The notes beneath the pieces are model-generated. The model saw only the letters and a program-made list of their open reading frames with translations, had not been told where the DNA came from and did not search any database. A stretch of 64,000 nucleotides of DNA from Felis catus. Taxonomy: Eukaryota. Below, piece after piece: positions 27,096-38,435 of the stretch (positions are counted from its first letter, which is position 1; every line of letters starts with the position of its first letter). The stretch is from assembly GCF_018350175.1 (NCBI RefSeq), contig NC_058368.1, forward strand, positions 190,342,001 through 190,406,000, read 5' to 3'. The position numbers were made by a program, and so were the translations under genes.

Positions 27096-27315
27096 GGGGC
27101 ACCTGGGTGGTTCAGTTGGTTAAGCGTCCAACTTTGGCTCAAGTCATGATCTTGCGGTCTGTGAGTTTGAGCCCCGTGTTGGGCTCTGTGCTGACAGCTC
27201 AGAGCCTAGAGCCTGCTTCGGATTCTGTGTCTCCCTCTCTTTCTTCCTCTCCCCTGCTCATGCTCTGTCTCTCTCTCTCTGTCAAAAATAAATAAACATT
27301 AAATTTTTTTTAAAA
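27096..27315 (+). mobile_element. CAN-SINE inserted in the L1 endonuclease region
   Basis: TSD gagataacaatta on both sides. Confidence 0.94.
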
Positions 27316-29536
27316 AGGAGATAACAATTATAAATGTTTCTGCCCCAAACTTGAGAGAACCCAAATATATAAATCAATTAATCACAAATGTAAGCAATCT
27401 TATTAGTAAGAATATGATCATTGGAGGGGACTTTAATACTTCACTTACAACAATGGACAGATCATCTGGTCAGAAAATCAATAAAGAAACAATGACCTTG
27501 AGTGATACACTGGACCAGATGGACTTGACAGATATATTCAGAACTTTTCACCCCAAAGCAACAGAATACACATTCTTCTCAGGTGCCCATTGAACATTCT
27601 CCAAGATAGATCACATACTGGGTCACAAAACAGCCCTCAATAAATATAAAAGAAGTGAGATCACACCATGCATATTTTCAGATCACAACACTATTAAGCT
27701 TGAAATCAACCACAAGAAAAAATTTGGAAAGCCTTCAAATGCATGGAGGTTAAAGACTATCCTACTAAAGAATGAATGGGTCAACCAGGCAATTAAAGAA
27801 GAAATTAAAAAGTATATGGAAGCAAATGAAAATGAAAACACGAAAGTCCAAACCCTTTGGGATGCAGCAAAGGCAGTCCTAGGGGAAAATACATTGAAAT
27901 CCAGGCCTATCTCAAGAAACAAGAAAAATCCCAAATACAAAACCTAACCACACACCTACAGGAACTAGAAGCAGAACAACAAAGAAACCCCAAAGCTAGC
28001 AGAAGAAGAGAAATAATAAAGATTAGAGAAGAAATAAACAATATAGAATCCAAAAAACCAGTAGCACAGATCAATGAATCTAAGAGCTGGTTTTTTGAAA
28101 AAAATGAACAAAATTGATAAACCACTAGCCAGACTTCTCAAAAAGAGAAATGAGAGAAACCAAATAGATAAAATCACAAATGGTAGAGGAGAGATCACAA
28201 CCAACACCAGAGAAATACAAACAATTATTAGAGAATACTATGAAAAATTATTTGTCAACAAACTGTACAACCTGGATGAAATGGACAAATTCCTAGATAC
28301 CCACACACTACCAAAACTCAAATGGGAAGAAATAGAAAATTTGAACAGACCCATAACCAGCAAAGACATTTAATCAGTTATCAAAAATCTCCCAACAAAT
28401 AAAAGTCCTGGGCCAGATGGCTTCCCAGGGGAGTTCTACCAGACATTTAAAGCATACTTAAAACCTATCCTTATCAAGCTGTTCAAAAAAATAGAAATGG
28501 AAGGAAAGCTTCTGGACTCATTCTATGAAATCAGCATTACCTTGATTCCCAAATCAGACAGAGACCCCACTAAAACGGAGAATTACAGGCCAGTATCACT
28601 GATGAATGTGGATGCAAAAATTCTTAACAAGATACAAGCAAATTGAACTCAACAGTATATTAAAAGTATTATTCACCATGATCAAGTGGGATTCATTCCT
28701 GGGCTGCAGGGATGGTTCAATATTCACAAGTCAATCAATGTGATACATCACATTAATAGAAGAAAGGATAAGAACCATATAATAAAACCATATAATAAAT
28801 AGATGCAGAAAAAGTATTTGACAAAATACAGCATCGTTTCTTAATAAAAACCCTCAAGAAAGTTGGGATAGAAGGAACATACCTTAAAATCGTAAAAGCC
28901 ATATGTGAAAAGCCCACAGCTAATATCATCCTCAATGTGGAAAAACTGAGAGCTTTCCCCCTGTGATCGGGAACACGACAGGGATGTTCACTCTCACCAC
29001 TGTTGTTTAACAAGTTGTTGGAAGTCCTAGCCTCAGCAATCAGACAACAAAATGAAATAAAAGGCATCCAAATTGGCAAAGAAGAGTCAAATTTTCACTT
29101 TTTGCAGATGTCATGATACTCTACTTGGAAAACCTGAAAGACTCAACCAAAAAGCTGCTAGACCTGATACTTGAATTCAATAGTCTCAGGATACAAAATC
29201 AGTGTACAGAAATTGGTTGCATTTCTATACACCAATAAAGAAGCAACAGAAAGAGAAATCAAGAAATCGATCCCGTTTACAATTGAACCAAGAACCAGAA
29301 AATACCTAGGAATAAACCTAACCAAAGATGTAAAAGATCTGTATGCTGAAAACTATAGAAAACTTACAAAAGAAATTGAAGAAGACACAAAGATATGGAA
29401 GAAAAGCTCATGGATTGGAAGAACAAATATTGTTAAAATGTCAATACTACCCAAAGCAATGTACACATTCAATGCAATCCCAATCAAAATTGCACCAGAA
29501 TTCTTCTCAAAGCTAGAACAAACAATCCTAAAATTT

Positions 29537-29758
29537 TTTTTTTTAATTTTTTTTCAACGTTTATTTATTTTTGGGACAGAGAGAGACAGAGCATGAACGG
29601 GGGAGGGGCAGAGAGAGGGAGACACAGAATCAGAAACAGGCTCCAGGCTCTGAGCCATCATCGGCACAGAGCCCGATGCGGGGCTCGAACTCCCGGACCG
29701 CGAGATCGTGACCTGGCTGAAGTCGGACGCTTAACCGACTGCGCCACCCAGGCGCCCC
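29537..29758 (-). mobile_element. Young feline CAN-SINE inserted in L1 ORF2
   Basis: TSD aacaatcctaaaattt at 29521-29536 and 29759-29774. Confidence 0.95.
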
Positions 29759-31772
29759 AACAATCCTAAAATTTATATGGAACCACAAAAGACCCTGAAT
29801 AGCCAAAGTAATATTGAATAAGAAAACCAAAGCAGGAGACATCAGCGTGGTGGGAGAACTGGACGGCAACAGGAAGGAGAATGAAACTGGACTACTTTCT
29901 TACACCACACACAAAAATAAACTCAAAATGGATAAAAGACCTAAATGTGAGACAGGAAACCATCGAAACCCTAGAGAGAAAATAGGCAACAACCTATTTG
30001 ATCTCAGCCACAGCAACTTTTTACTCGACATGTCTGAAGGCAAGGGAAATAAAAGCAAAAATGAACTATTGGGACCTCATCAAGATAAAAAGCTTCTGCA
30101 CTGTAAAGGAAATAATAAAACTAAAAGGCAACCGACAGAATGGGAGAAGATATTTGCAAGGACATATTGGATAAAGGGTTACTATGCAAAATCCATAAAG
30201 AACTTACCAAATGCAACAACATGAAAAACAAATAATCCAGTGAAGAAATGGGCAAAAGAAATGAATAGACACTTTCCCAAAGAAGACATCCAGATGGCCA
30301 ACAGACACATGAAAAGATACTCAACATCACTCATAATCAGGGAAATACAAATCAAAACCACATTGAGATACCACCTCACACCATCAGCGTAGCTAAAATG
30401 AACAACTCAGGAAAAAATAGATGTTGGCAAGACTGTGGAGAAACAGGAACCCTCTTGCACTGTTGGTGGGAATGGAAACTGGTGCAGCCATTCTGGAAAA
30501 CAGTGTGGAAGTTCCTCAAAAAATGAAAAATAAAATTATGACCCAGCAACAACACTACTAGGAATTTATCCAAAGGATACGTAAGTGCTGATTCACAGGG
30601 GCACTTGTACCCCAATGTTTATAGCAGCACTTTAAACAATAGCCAAATCATGGAAAAAGTCCAAATGTCTATCAACTGATGAATGGATAAAGAAGATGTG
30701 GTTTATATATACAATGGAATACTACTTGGCAATGTGAAAGAATGAAATCCTGCCATTTGCAACAATGTGGACAGAACTGGAGGGTATTATGCTAAGTGAA
30801 ATAAGTCAGTCGGAGAAAGATAGATATCATATGTTTTCACTCATATGTGGAACTTGAGAAACTTAACAGAAGACCATGGGGGAAGGGAAGGAGAAAAAAA
30901 AAGTTTCAAACAGAGAGGGAGGCAAACCCATAAGAGACTCTTAAATACAAAGAACAAACTGAGGGTTGATAAGGGCATGGGAGAGAGGGGAAAATGGGTG
31001 ATGGGCATTGAGGAGGGCACTTGTTAGGATGAGTACTGGGTGTTGTCTGGAAGTGATGAATCATGGGAATCTACCCCTGAAACCAAGAGCACAGTGTATA
31101 CACTATATGTTAGCTAACTTGACAATAAATTATATTAAAAAATTAACACAAACAACAACAATAAAAGAATCTCTTATGGTTTGTTTCCCTCTTTTCTTTT
31201 TTCATTTTCCCCCTCCTGTATATTCATCTGTTTTTTTTCTTAAATTCCACAATGAATGAAATCATATGGTATTTGTCTAGAAAGTTAAGTTTAAAAAGAT
31301 AGATGCAAGCTGATAAATGTTAGCACCTCTACAGGTAGAGCAAGCAGACAGTTGTCGGATCTGAAGCACAGAGCACCAGCAGCGAAGCACTCTTCAAAGA
31401 AAAACCTCTAGAGCTAAGTTTCGTTTACAGGAAATACACAGAAAAGAGGAATAATTTCAATGACACCACAAGGAAGCAGGCAAACCCAGAATGTGGCATA
31501 TTCTGCGGAACAACTGATTTTACAACCAGTGAGTGGCAGGGGGATGGAGGGAAACTGTCCCAGATTAAGATACTTAATTCATATGACAACCAAATGTGAC
31601 ACAGGGACCTTGTTTGGGTCTTGATGTAAATAAATGTATTGTAAAAGGGTATTTTTGAGATAACCAGGGGAATTTGATTATGAACTGGAGACTTAGGTGC
31701 TAAGACATCATTATTAATTTGGTGTCATGTGTGATAATGGTATTATAGTAATGCAGCAAAAAGTCCACTTTA

Positions 31773-31999
31773 TTTTTTTTTTTAATTTTTTTTCAAAGTT
31801 TTTTATTTATTTTTGGGACAGAGAGAGACAGAGCATGAACGGGGGAGGGGCAGAGAGAGAGGGAGACACAGAATCGGAAACAGGCTCCAGGCTCCGAGCC
31901 ATCAGCCCAGAGCCCAACGCGGGGCTCGAACTCACGGACCGTGAGATCGTGACCTGGCTGAAGTCGGACGCTTAACCGACTGTGCCACCCAGGCGCCCC
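31773..31999 (-). mobile_element. Young feline CAN-SINE
   Basis: TSD aaaaagtccacttta. Confidence 0.95.
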
Positions 32000-32518
32000 A
32001 AAAAGTCCACTTTAAATACACACTAAAATCTGTAAGGGTGAAGTGATATGAGATCTGGGATTTGTTTTAAAATAGAAGTTGGTAATTTTAAATCTGTGTA
32101 TTGGGAACTCATAGTTTCCTGTCTGCTTTTGTGTATGTAAAAAAAATGTATATAAAACAGTAAATAGAAAATGCAAGTTATAACGTGGATACACAATTTG
32201 TCTAAGAAAGGAAGGAATAACAATACATATTTTATTTTCTTGTGTCTGCATTGGGGGTATATACAAAAGAGACTTAGGAGAATGGAAACCTACAGGGCGG
32301 TGGGGGAAATTGGTAGACTTGGAGGATGGGAACAAGGCTTCTTCATAAAGCTTTGATACTGCTTCAAATTTTAGCCATTTGGATGAATTATCTAAATAGT
32401 TTGATTTTAAGAAACAAGAAAGAAAAGTTAAATAAACATGAAAATGCTCAGAAACATTTCCCTGTACACAAGAAAAAAAAAAAAGAAGGGGATTGGAGTA
32501 GATTTCTAGGTTCGCATT

Positions 32519-32993
32519 GCAGAATGTGATTGTGGTTAAGCACATCAGCAATAGGTAGGTAGAATGGGTTCCAATATCAGCTCTTCCTGCTAGCTTTGTG
32601 AGCTCAAGGTAAAATTGCTCAAACTTTGTGAGGCTCAATTTCCTTACCTCTATGTTGAAGGTAATCTACTGCATAAGATTGTTCTAAAGATTGAGTGTGG
32701 CAATGGTTGTAAAGTGCTCAGTGTAGTACCTGACCCACACAAAGCACCCAAATACTGGTTATTATTGTAAGTAGTAACCTTAGCTCTCTAGTGGTTTAAT
32801 CTTTGGTAGTTGTTTAGTGATTGGTAGATAATATCTCTTATGCAATTAGTGAGGAAATTAAATATGGTGGGAACAGATGGTAGCCCTCATTGTGGCCTAA
32901 GCAAGTCATACCAGATATTTATTGTATGCCCACATTCCCATCCTGTGCTACCAATGCTGTTTATAACATCACCCTCAAGCGCACATTCACTGT
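32519..32993 (+). repeat. 475-bp local duplication, copy 1 (upstream of HAVCR2)
   Basis: Gap-free match to 38436-38910 with about 12 substitutions (manual alignment). Confidence 0.95.
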
Positions 32994-33618
32994 CTAGACT
33001 TCGATGAATTAATAAGTTATTAATATTTTATGAAACTGGTTCCAGTAGTAACTCTAGATAAGGACATAAAACAGAGTAATAACAATAAAAAACAAAACAC
33101 GGAAAAAAAGGAAAAACAGAATACAAAATCTGAGGGCTGACACTTTTAAGAGTGTTGATTGGGGCCATGCAGTAAACATATCATCTGACCCCATGTTTAG
33201 TCCATTCTACCTTACCCTTCAATATGGACATTTGCTGGTTTTTATTAGTTATGTAGGTAAGCATATTAAGGACAGATATGAAATTCATAAAATGGTTTAT
33301 AGTGGAAAAAATCTGGAGCTTGGGGGACTCAGTTCTCATTTGAAATTACTAATCACATGCCTTTGGGCAAATCAACCTTTTTAGGTCTCAGTTTCCCTAT
33401 CCATAAAATGAAGAAATTTACTGTGATCTCTTGAGTAACTGCTACCTCTGATCCTATGGAAAGTGCACGCGTTGAACAAGCTGGATATTTATCCTGAATG
33501 CATTTAGTGGCATAAAGATGAGTGACAAGGAAGTTCAGCAAGAAAAGACAGGAAGTCCACAGGGTTTTCAGAAACTATTCAGTCTGTGACCTTACTCTGA
33601 TAAAGAATCATTGGCTTT

Positions 33619-33816
33619 GGCTCAGTCGGTTGAGTGTCTGACTTCGGCTCAGGTCATGATCTCACAGCTTGTGCATTCAGGCCCCGTGTTGGACTCTGTG
33701 CTGACGGCTCGAAGCCTGGAGGCTGCTTCAGATCCTGTGTCTCCCTCTCTCTCTGTTCTTCCCCTGCTCACACTCTGTCTTTCTCAAGAATAAATAAACA
33801 TTAAAAAATTTTTTTT
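33619..33816 (+). mobile_element. Slightly 5'-truncated CAN-SINE
   Basis: TSD aaagaatcattggcttt at 33602-33618 and 33817-33833. Confidence 0.93.
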
Positions 33817-34399
33817 AAAGAATCATTGGCTTTTAAGGTTCCTAGAGAAATGTCACTATCTCAGGGCTGAGACTGAGGGCTGTCACTATCTCAGGGGTCT
33901 GAGATGTTACCTCAGTGATGGATAGTGTGGCTGAAACTCAACCCTTTCTGAGAATTTACGTCTAGAGCCCCAGGGCTGGGAGGGAGGAGACATCCCATCT
34001 GATTCTATTACATAAGATGTAATAGAATATTGAGGTCCCCTTGATTCCCACTGCAGTGGGGGATAAACACTGCAGAAAGGAAATATCTTTCCTAAGTGGA
34101 AGGGTTTGAAAGTTCAGGTCAAAGTCAGAATATTATAGCAGGGAGCCATGCATATGTCACCTAGTACAATTTCCTCATTTTATACATTTTATAAATGAGG
34201 AAACTGAGATCCAACAAGGTTATATAGCACAGCCCAGTTTGTATTTGGACAAGGTTAAGAATTAAGTTCCGGGGGTGGAAAGGGCCCATAAATTTGAGAA
34301 TAAGAGACATGCCATTCATTGTGGTATTCTCCAGCTCCTAGTCCATTAATATTGATCACATGACCAACCAACTGACTGATCTGACTGAATGAATGTATG

Positions 34400-34845
34400 G
34401 ATGATATGTTCCTGCCTTGTGTTCCCTGGTAACCAGCTAGACCCACACGCCATCCATTCCAAACAGAGGATTATTTCATTGGAGATATGAGAGGGCTCTC
34501 TCCACTTGCTAAGAGAGTTTTCTTGACTGGCTGAGAGACATTTTTCTTCCTTGAGTATTGCTTCCTCTTCGTTGATACTAACAGGATAAATATCAGAGCC
34601 CTTACAGGATGTGTGTGGTGTAGCACGACAGACAACTGGGGTTTTCTTTGATGTAACTGTGGACTTGACAGCATTAACAGAGGAAAGATCGGTAGTCAGG
34701 TGCCCTGGTGTGTTGGTCCAGCAGTCGGGGAGAGCAGCCGTTGCTCCTGTGATTGTGGAGGAGATACAATTGCAAGAGGTACCCAGTTCCACTGGAGAAT
34801 CAAAACTAAACAGAGCTATTACTGGACGTTTCTTCTTCAGAATCC
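34400..34845 (+). promoter_or_regulatory. HAVCR2: HAVCR2 proximal promoter / 5'UTR (non-CpG-island)
   Basis: Unique sequence upstream of the ATG; from ~34595 it resembles the human HAVCR2 mRNA leader as recalled (cttacaggatgtgtgt..., tgtgattgtggag, gtacccagt); TSS not determinable. Confidence 0.6.
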
Positions 34846-34900
34846 ATGGTTTCACAACTTTCCTTTGACTGTGTCCTGCTGCTGCTGCCACTACTCACAA
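34846..34900 (+). CDS. HAVCR2: HAVCR2/TIM-3 exon 1: signal peptide MVSQLSFDCVLLLLPLLT
   Basis: Similar to human MFSHLPFDCVLLLLLLLLT; donor A|GTAAGT; 55 nt, phase 1. Confidence 0.93.
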
Positions 34901-35296
34901 GTAAGTCTGGGCACGGGCTGTCACACTTGGATAGCGTGAGATAAAGATACAAAGACGGTCATTGTAATGTTTGTAGTAGCAAGTTTGGGAGCAGCCTAAA
35001 TGCCCACTAGTGGGGGAGTAGGTAAATCAGTTTGTGATATCTCCATGATGCAAACAGTGAAGCTGACCAAACATAGTGATATGAAATGTCTCTAAGTTGA
35101 AATGTTAATTGAATAAAGCAAAGAACAGAATAACATGTATATTAGACTTCCATTTGTGGATGTGTGTTGTAGGGAGTAACATGTATATTAGACTTCCATG
35201 TGGGAATACATGAATGGTCCTTAATGTATAGACTCTGGGAAGGGGAACCAGAAAATGGGAAGGAGCAGGGAGAGGGAGTATACTTTTCATATATCT

Positions 35297-35519
35297 TTAA
35301 AATTTTTTTTAATGTTTATTTATTTGAGAGAGTGAGCGAGAGAGAGAGAGAACATGAGTGGGGAAGGGGCAGAGAGAGAGGAGGACACAGAATCTGAAGC
35401 AGTCTCGAGGCTCTGAGCTGTCAACACAGAGCCTGATTGCAGGGCTTGAATTCACGGACTGTGTGATCAAGACCTGAGCCAAAGTCTGACGCTTAACTGA
35501 CGGAGCCACCCAGGAGCCC
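35297..35519 (-). mobile_element. CAN-SINE in HAVCR2 intron 1
   Basis: Full antisense body; degenerate TSD tcatat..ctt. Confidence 0.9.
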
Positions 35520-35834
35520 TCATATGCCTTTTTATACTGTTTAAATGTTTCACTATATATATTTATTAATATACATATATACTTAAAGACAATTCATTTC
35601 AAACCTCAAAATAGCCTGTGGGTGGTTTCAAATATGCAAGCTTCTTATTTAGCCAATAGTTTTTATTCATTATGTGCTGAGTGCTTAAAAAAAGAGAGAG
35701 CTTTATGTTAACTGCCTTTCATCGATGAGCAGATGGGTGAGCTGTTTTACTAGCTAACAATGACTCATTTTCTGCCTATCTATCTGCCCAGCCCTCTGAT
35801 GTTCACAGGGCTAGACCACAATTGTCTCCTAGGG

Positions 35835-36017
35835 CATTGGTTCTCAAAGTGAATTTCCAACCAGCTCTGTCAACAACTGGAAACCTGCTAGAAATTCAAA
35901 TTTTTATACCCCACCCCAGACCTATCGAAGTAGGAACTCTAGCGGTTGAGCCCAGCCATCTGTGTTTTAACAAGGCTTTCTAGTGATTCTGATGCTCGTC
36001 AAGACTGACAATCATTG
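35835..36017 (+). mobile_element. MER5A-like element in HAVCR2 intron 1
   Basis: cattggttctcaaagtg...ctgtgttttaacaagg...gtgattctgatgc. Confidence 0.75.
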
Positions 36018-36153
36018 TCATAATGGATCATCTTCCAAACAGGACAGCAGGACTGGTTTCCTTTTTATTCTGTATGGCATTACTTGCAGTTTTCTTGAAA
36101 TGGACCAGCCTCACTCATTGCCTGGATCTTGCTCTCTTTACTTCTTTCTTCAG

Positions 36154-36492
36154 GGTCTTTGGAAGAGGAATACATAGTTGAAGTGGGTCAGAATGCTGTT
36201 CTGCCCTGCACCTACTCTCCAGCCACTCCTGAGAATCTTGTGCCTGTCTGCTGGGGCAAGGGATCCTGTCCTATGTTTGAATGTCATAGTATGGTGCTCA
36301 GCACAGATGGAAGGAACTTGAAATATCAGACATCCAACAGGTACCAGCTAAAGAGGAATTTCCACAAAGGAGATGTGTCCTTGACTATAGAGAATGTGAC
36401 TCTAGCTGACAGTGGGACCTATTGCTGCCGGATTCAATTCCCAGGCCTAATGAATGATAAAAAATCAAACCTGGAGTTGGTCATCAAACCAG
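36154..36492 (+). CDS. HAVCR2: HAVCR2/TIM-3 exon 2: IgV domain
   Basis: EVGQNAVLPCTY...VCWGKGSCPMFEC...GDVSLTIENVTLADSGTYCCRIQFPGLMND; six TIM cysteines; acceptor ttcttcag, donor G|GTGAGT; 339 nt. Confidence 0.97.
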
Positions 36493-37395
36493 GTGAGTGG
36501 ACCTTTGCATGTCTTCTTTATGAATAAAACTCACCTGCAGGTAATTAAATATACTGATTGGTCTCACTTCTGATCTCCCCGATTATAGCCCTAGGAGTGG
36601 GTCCCTAAGACCTAAAGTTTAACAGGCTCCACTGACAATGCCCAGCCACATTTAATTCCCTTCCTCTATTTTCAAACTCAGGGACAGGATCTGTAGAATG
36701 GGAGGAAAGGCCTAGATCAGTGGTTAAGAACCTGATTGCTCATTAGATTACCTGGAAAGCTTTTTAACACTTACATCTTCTTGGTCCCCACCCACAAACC
36801 AGAGAAATCCGCATTTCCGGAGGTAGAGCCCGAGTTCTGGGATTTTACGAAGTCTGCCTTAGATGATTCTCCTCCCTGTGCAGCCAGGATTGAGAACCAC
36901 TGGACTGTGTATGTGTGGGGTGGGTAGTGGCGGGGTACATGTGTTTGTACATTTTAAGATTTATACAGCATAGTGTGTGGCTGATGAAGCTCAGTTTAAA
37001 TCCAACTTTGCCTCTTACTAGCTGTGTAATCTTGGGCAAGTTATTTAAGGTCTGTGGCCTCCTGTTCTATAAAACATGGCAATTCCTACCACACAGGCCA
37101 TTGGAAGGATTTTATGAAGTGTTTTATAAAAAGCATTTAGCATGGCCATTTGTGTGGCTATTAGTTCTATTATTAACAACTAGACTGTGATGACGATGGC
37201 CGTAACAGACCTCTGCCCAACATGTGAAGAGTCTCATACACTCTCAGTGAACACGTCCTGGTAGGTTTGGCAGTTGGGCATGTGCCTTTCTTCATTTGTT
37301 GTGTTTCATATTTTTTTCTGCTGCCCCTTTGATTCCCCGAAACAAGCTCTCTGCTCTCAGAGAAGTCTCATCCTTATATTGGTTTCTGACATTAG

Positions 37396-37479
37396 CCAAG
37401 GTCACCCCTGCTCGGCCTACACACAGAGACTTCGGTACAGCCTTTCCAAGGATGCTCACCACCAAGGGATATGGCTCAG
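37396..37479 (+). CDS. HAVCR2: HAVCR2 exon 3: mucin stalk AKVTPARPTHRDFGTAFPRMLTTKGYGS
   Basis: Matches human AKVTPAPTRQRDFTAAFPRMLTTRGHG; AG/GT sites; 84 nt, in frame. Confidence 0.95.
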
Positions 37480-38435
37480 GTAATTATACAAGTGGTGTAG
37501 GAGGAAGCCTTCTGGCATTTTCTGAGTTCGGAGGATTTTGAATATGGGAAAGAGATGAGAAATGGGTTTGAGTGGAGGTGTGAATGTTCCTGTGCACCTG
37601 AGATATTGTGTTTGGTGAGAGGGGTGGTGGGGACAAACCTGTGTTGGGAAAAAGGAGCACTGAGCTAGGATTTGGTATTAGTCACAAGTAGCCCTGTGAC
37701 CTGGGCTGAAGCCTTTCACTTCCCTGGACCTCGCCTTCCTGTTCTGTTCAAGGAGAGGGTTCAGAATCTTTGGATTTTGCAACCTAGTAAAATTCCCACT
37801 CCCTCCCCCTAAAAAAAGAATTTTGGTAATATATGTATTTTGCCAAATAAGGAAAAAATTGCATTATTATCCATTATTGCAATTATAAAAGACATGTTTT
37901 AAAATTAAATACATTTATTCTAATGAAAAACTCATTACATTGCCATTATTTTCCAATTGACTCCCAGAATGGGGATGTTTTGTTATGAATCCATCCCAGT
38001 CCATGTTTGGGGTTGGATTAGGTGATTTCAAGGATCTCTTCTTACTGGAATGAAGCCCATCATCTTCCCTCAATTCCAACCTCAGAAGGAGCAGCTATAT
38101 TCTTTAATTCAACAAGGACTTTTCCATGATGCTCTGGAAGAGAAGATAGGATCAAAAGAGCAGACCTCAGGTCACACTGAGCAGGGAGATTAATCTTAAA
38201 TGTCTCCTGTCAAAGTCCTGGTCTCTCTTATACTCTCTGGAGCTTAGTCTTCCATTCAGTAAGATGAGGGTAATAACAGGTAAGTCCCATATCTTAATCT
38301 CATAAATCTCCTAAATCCCACCTTATGAAATTTAACTAAGAAAGGGTGTCTCAAGTGCTTAGCCCAGTATTTGATCATACTATGTACTCAGTACACATTG
38401 GTTATTGTCCTTAATGTTACCAATAAGATCTGGAG

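Larger units (their letters stand above)
24206..31164 (+). mobile_element. Near full-length, inactivated carnivore LINE-1
   Basis: 5' gaggagtcaacatggc (YY1-like), 5'UTR, broken ORF1 ~25817-26694, broken ORF2 from ~26764 (EN motif GDFNT; RT motif mutated to FADVMI at 29101; C-terminal CWEC-like region), 3'UTR and A-rich tail; TSD aagagtct (24197-24204)/aagaatct (31165-31172); many stops/frameshifts and an apparent ORF2 deletion near 29845. Confidence 0.93.

Noticed and set aside
26297..31027. L1 ORF fragments as genes or as an active element
   Set aside because: Multiple stops/frameshifts, SINE insertions, RT catalytic DD changed to DV, and an internal deletion
32012..32638. 208-aa minus-strand ORF
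   Set aside because: Non-ATG start, spans old repeat sequence and the duplication junction; no protein-like features
34346..34891. 181-aa antisense ORF over HAVCR2 exon 1/promoter
   Set aside because: Non-ATG start, no recognisable homology or splice support; likely chance
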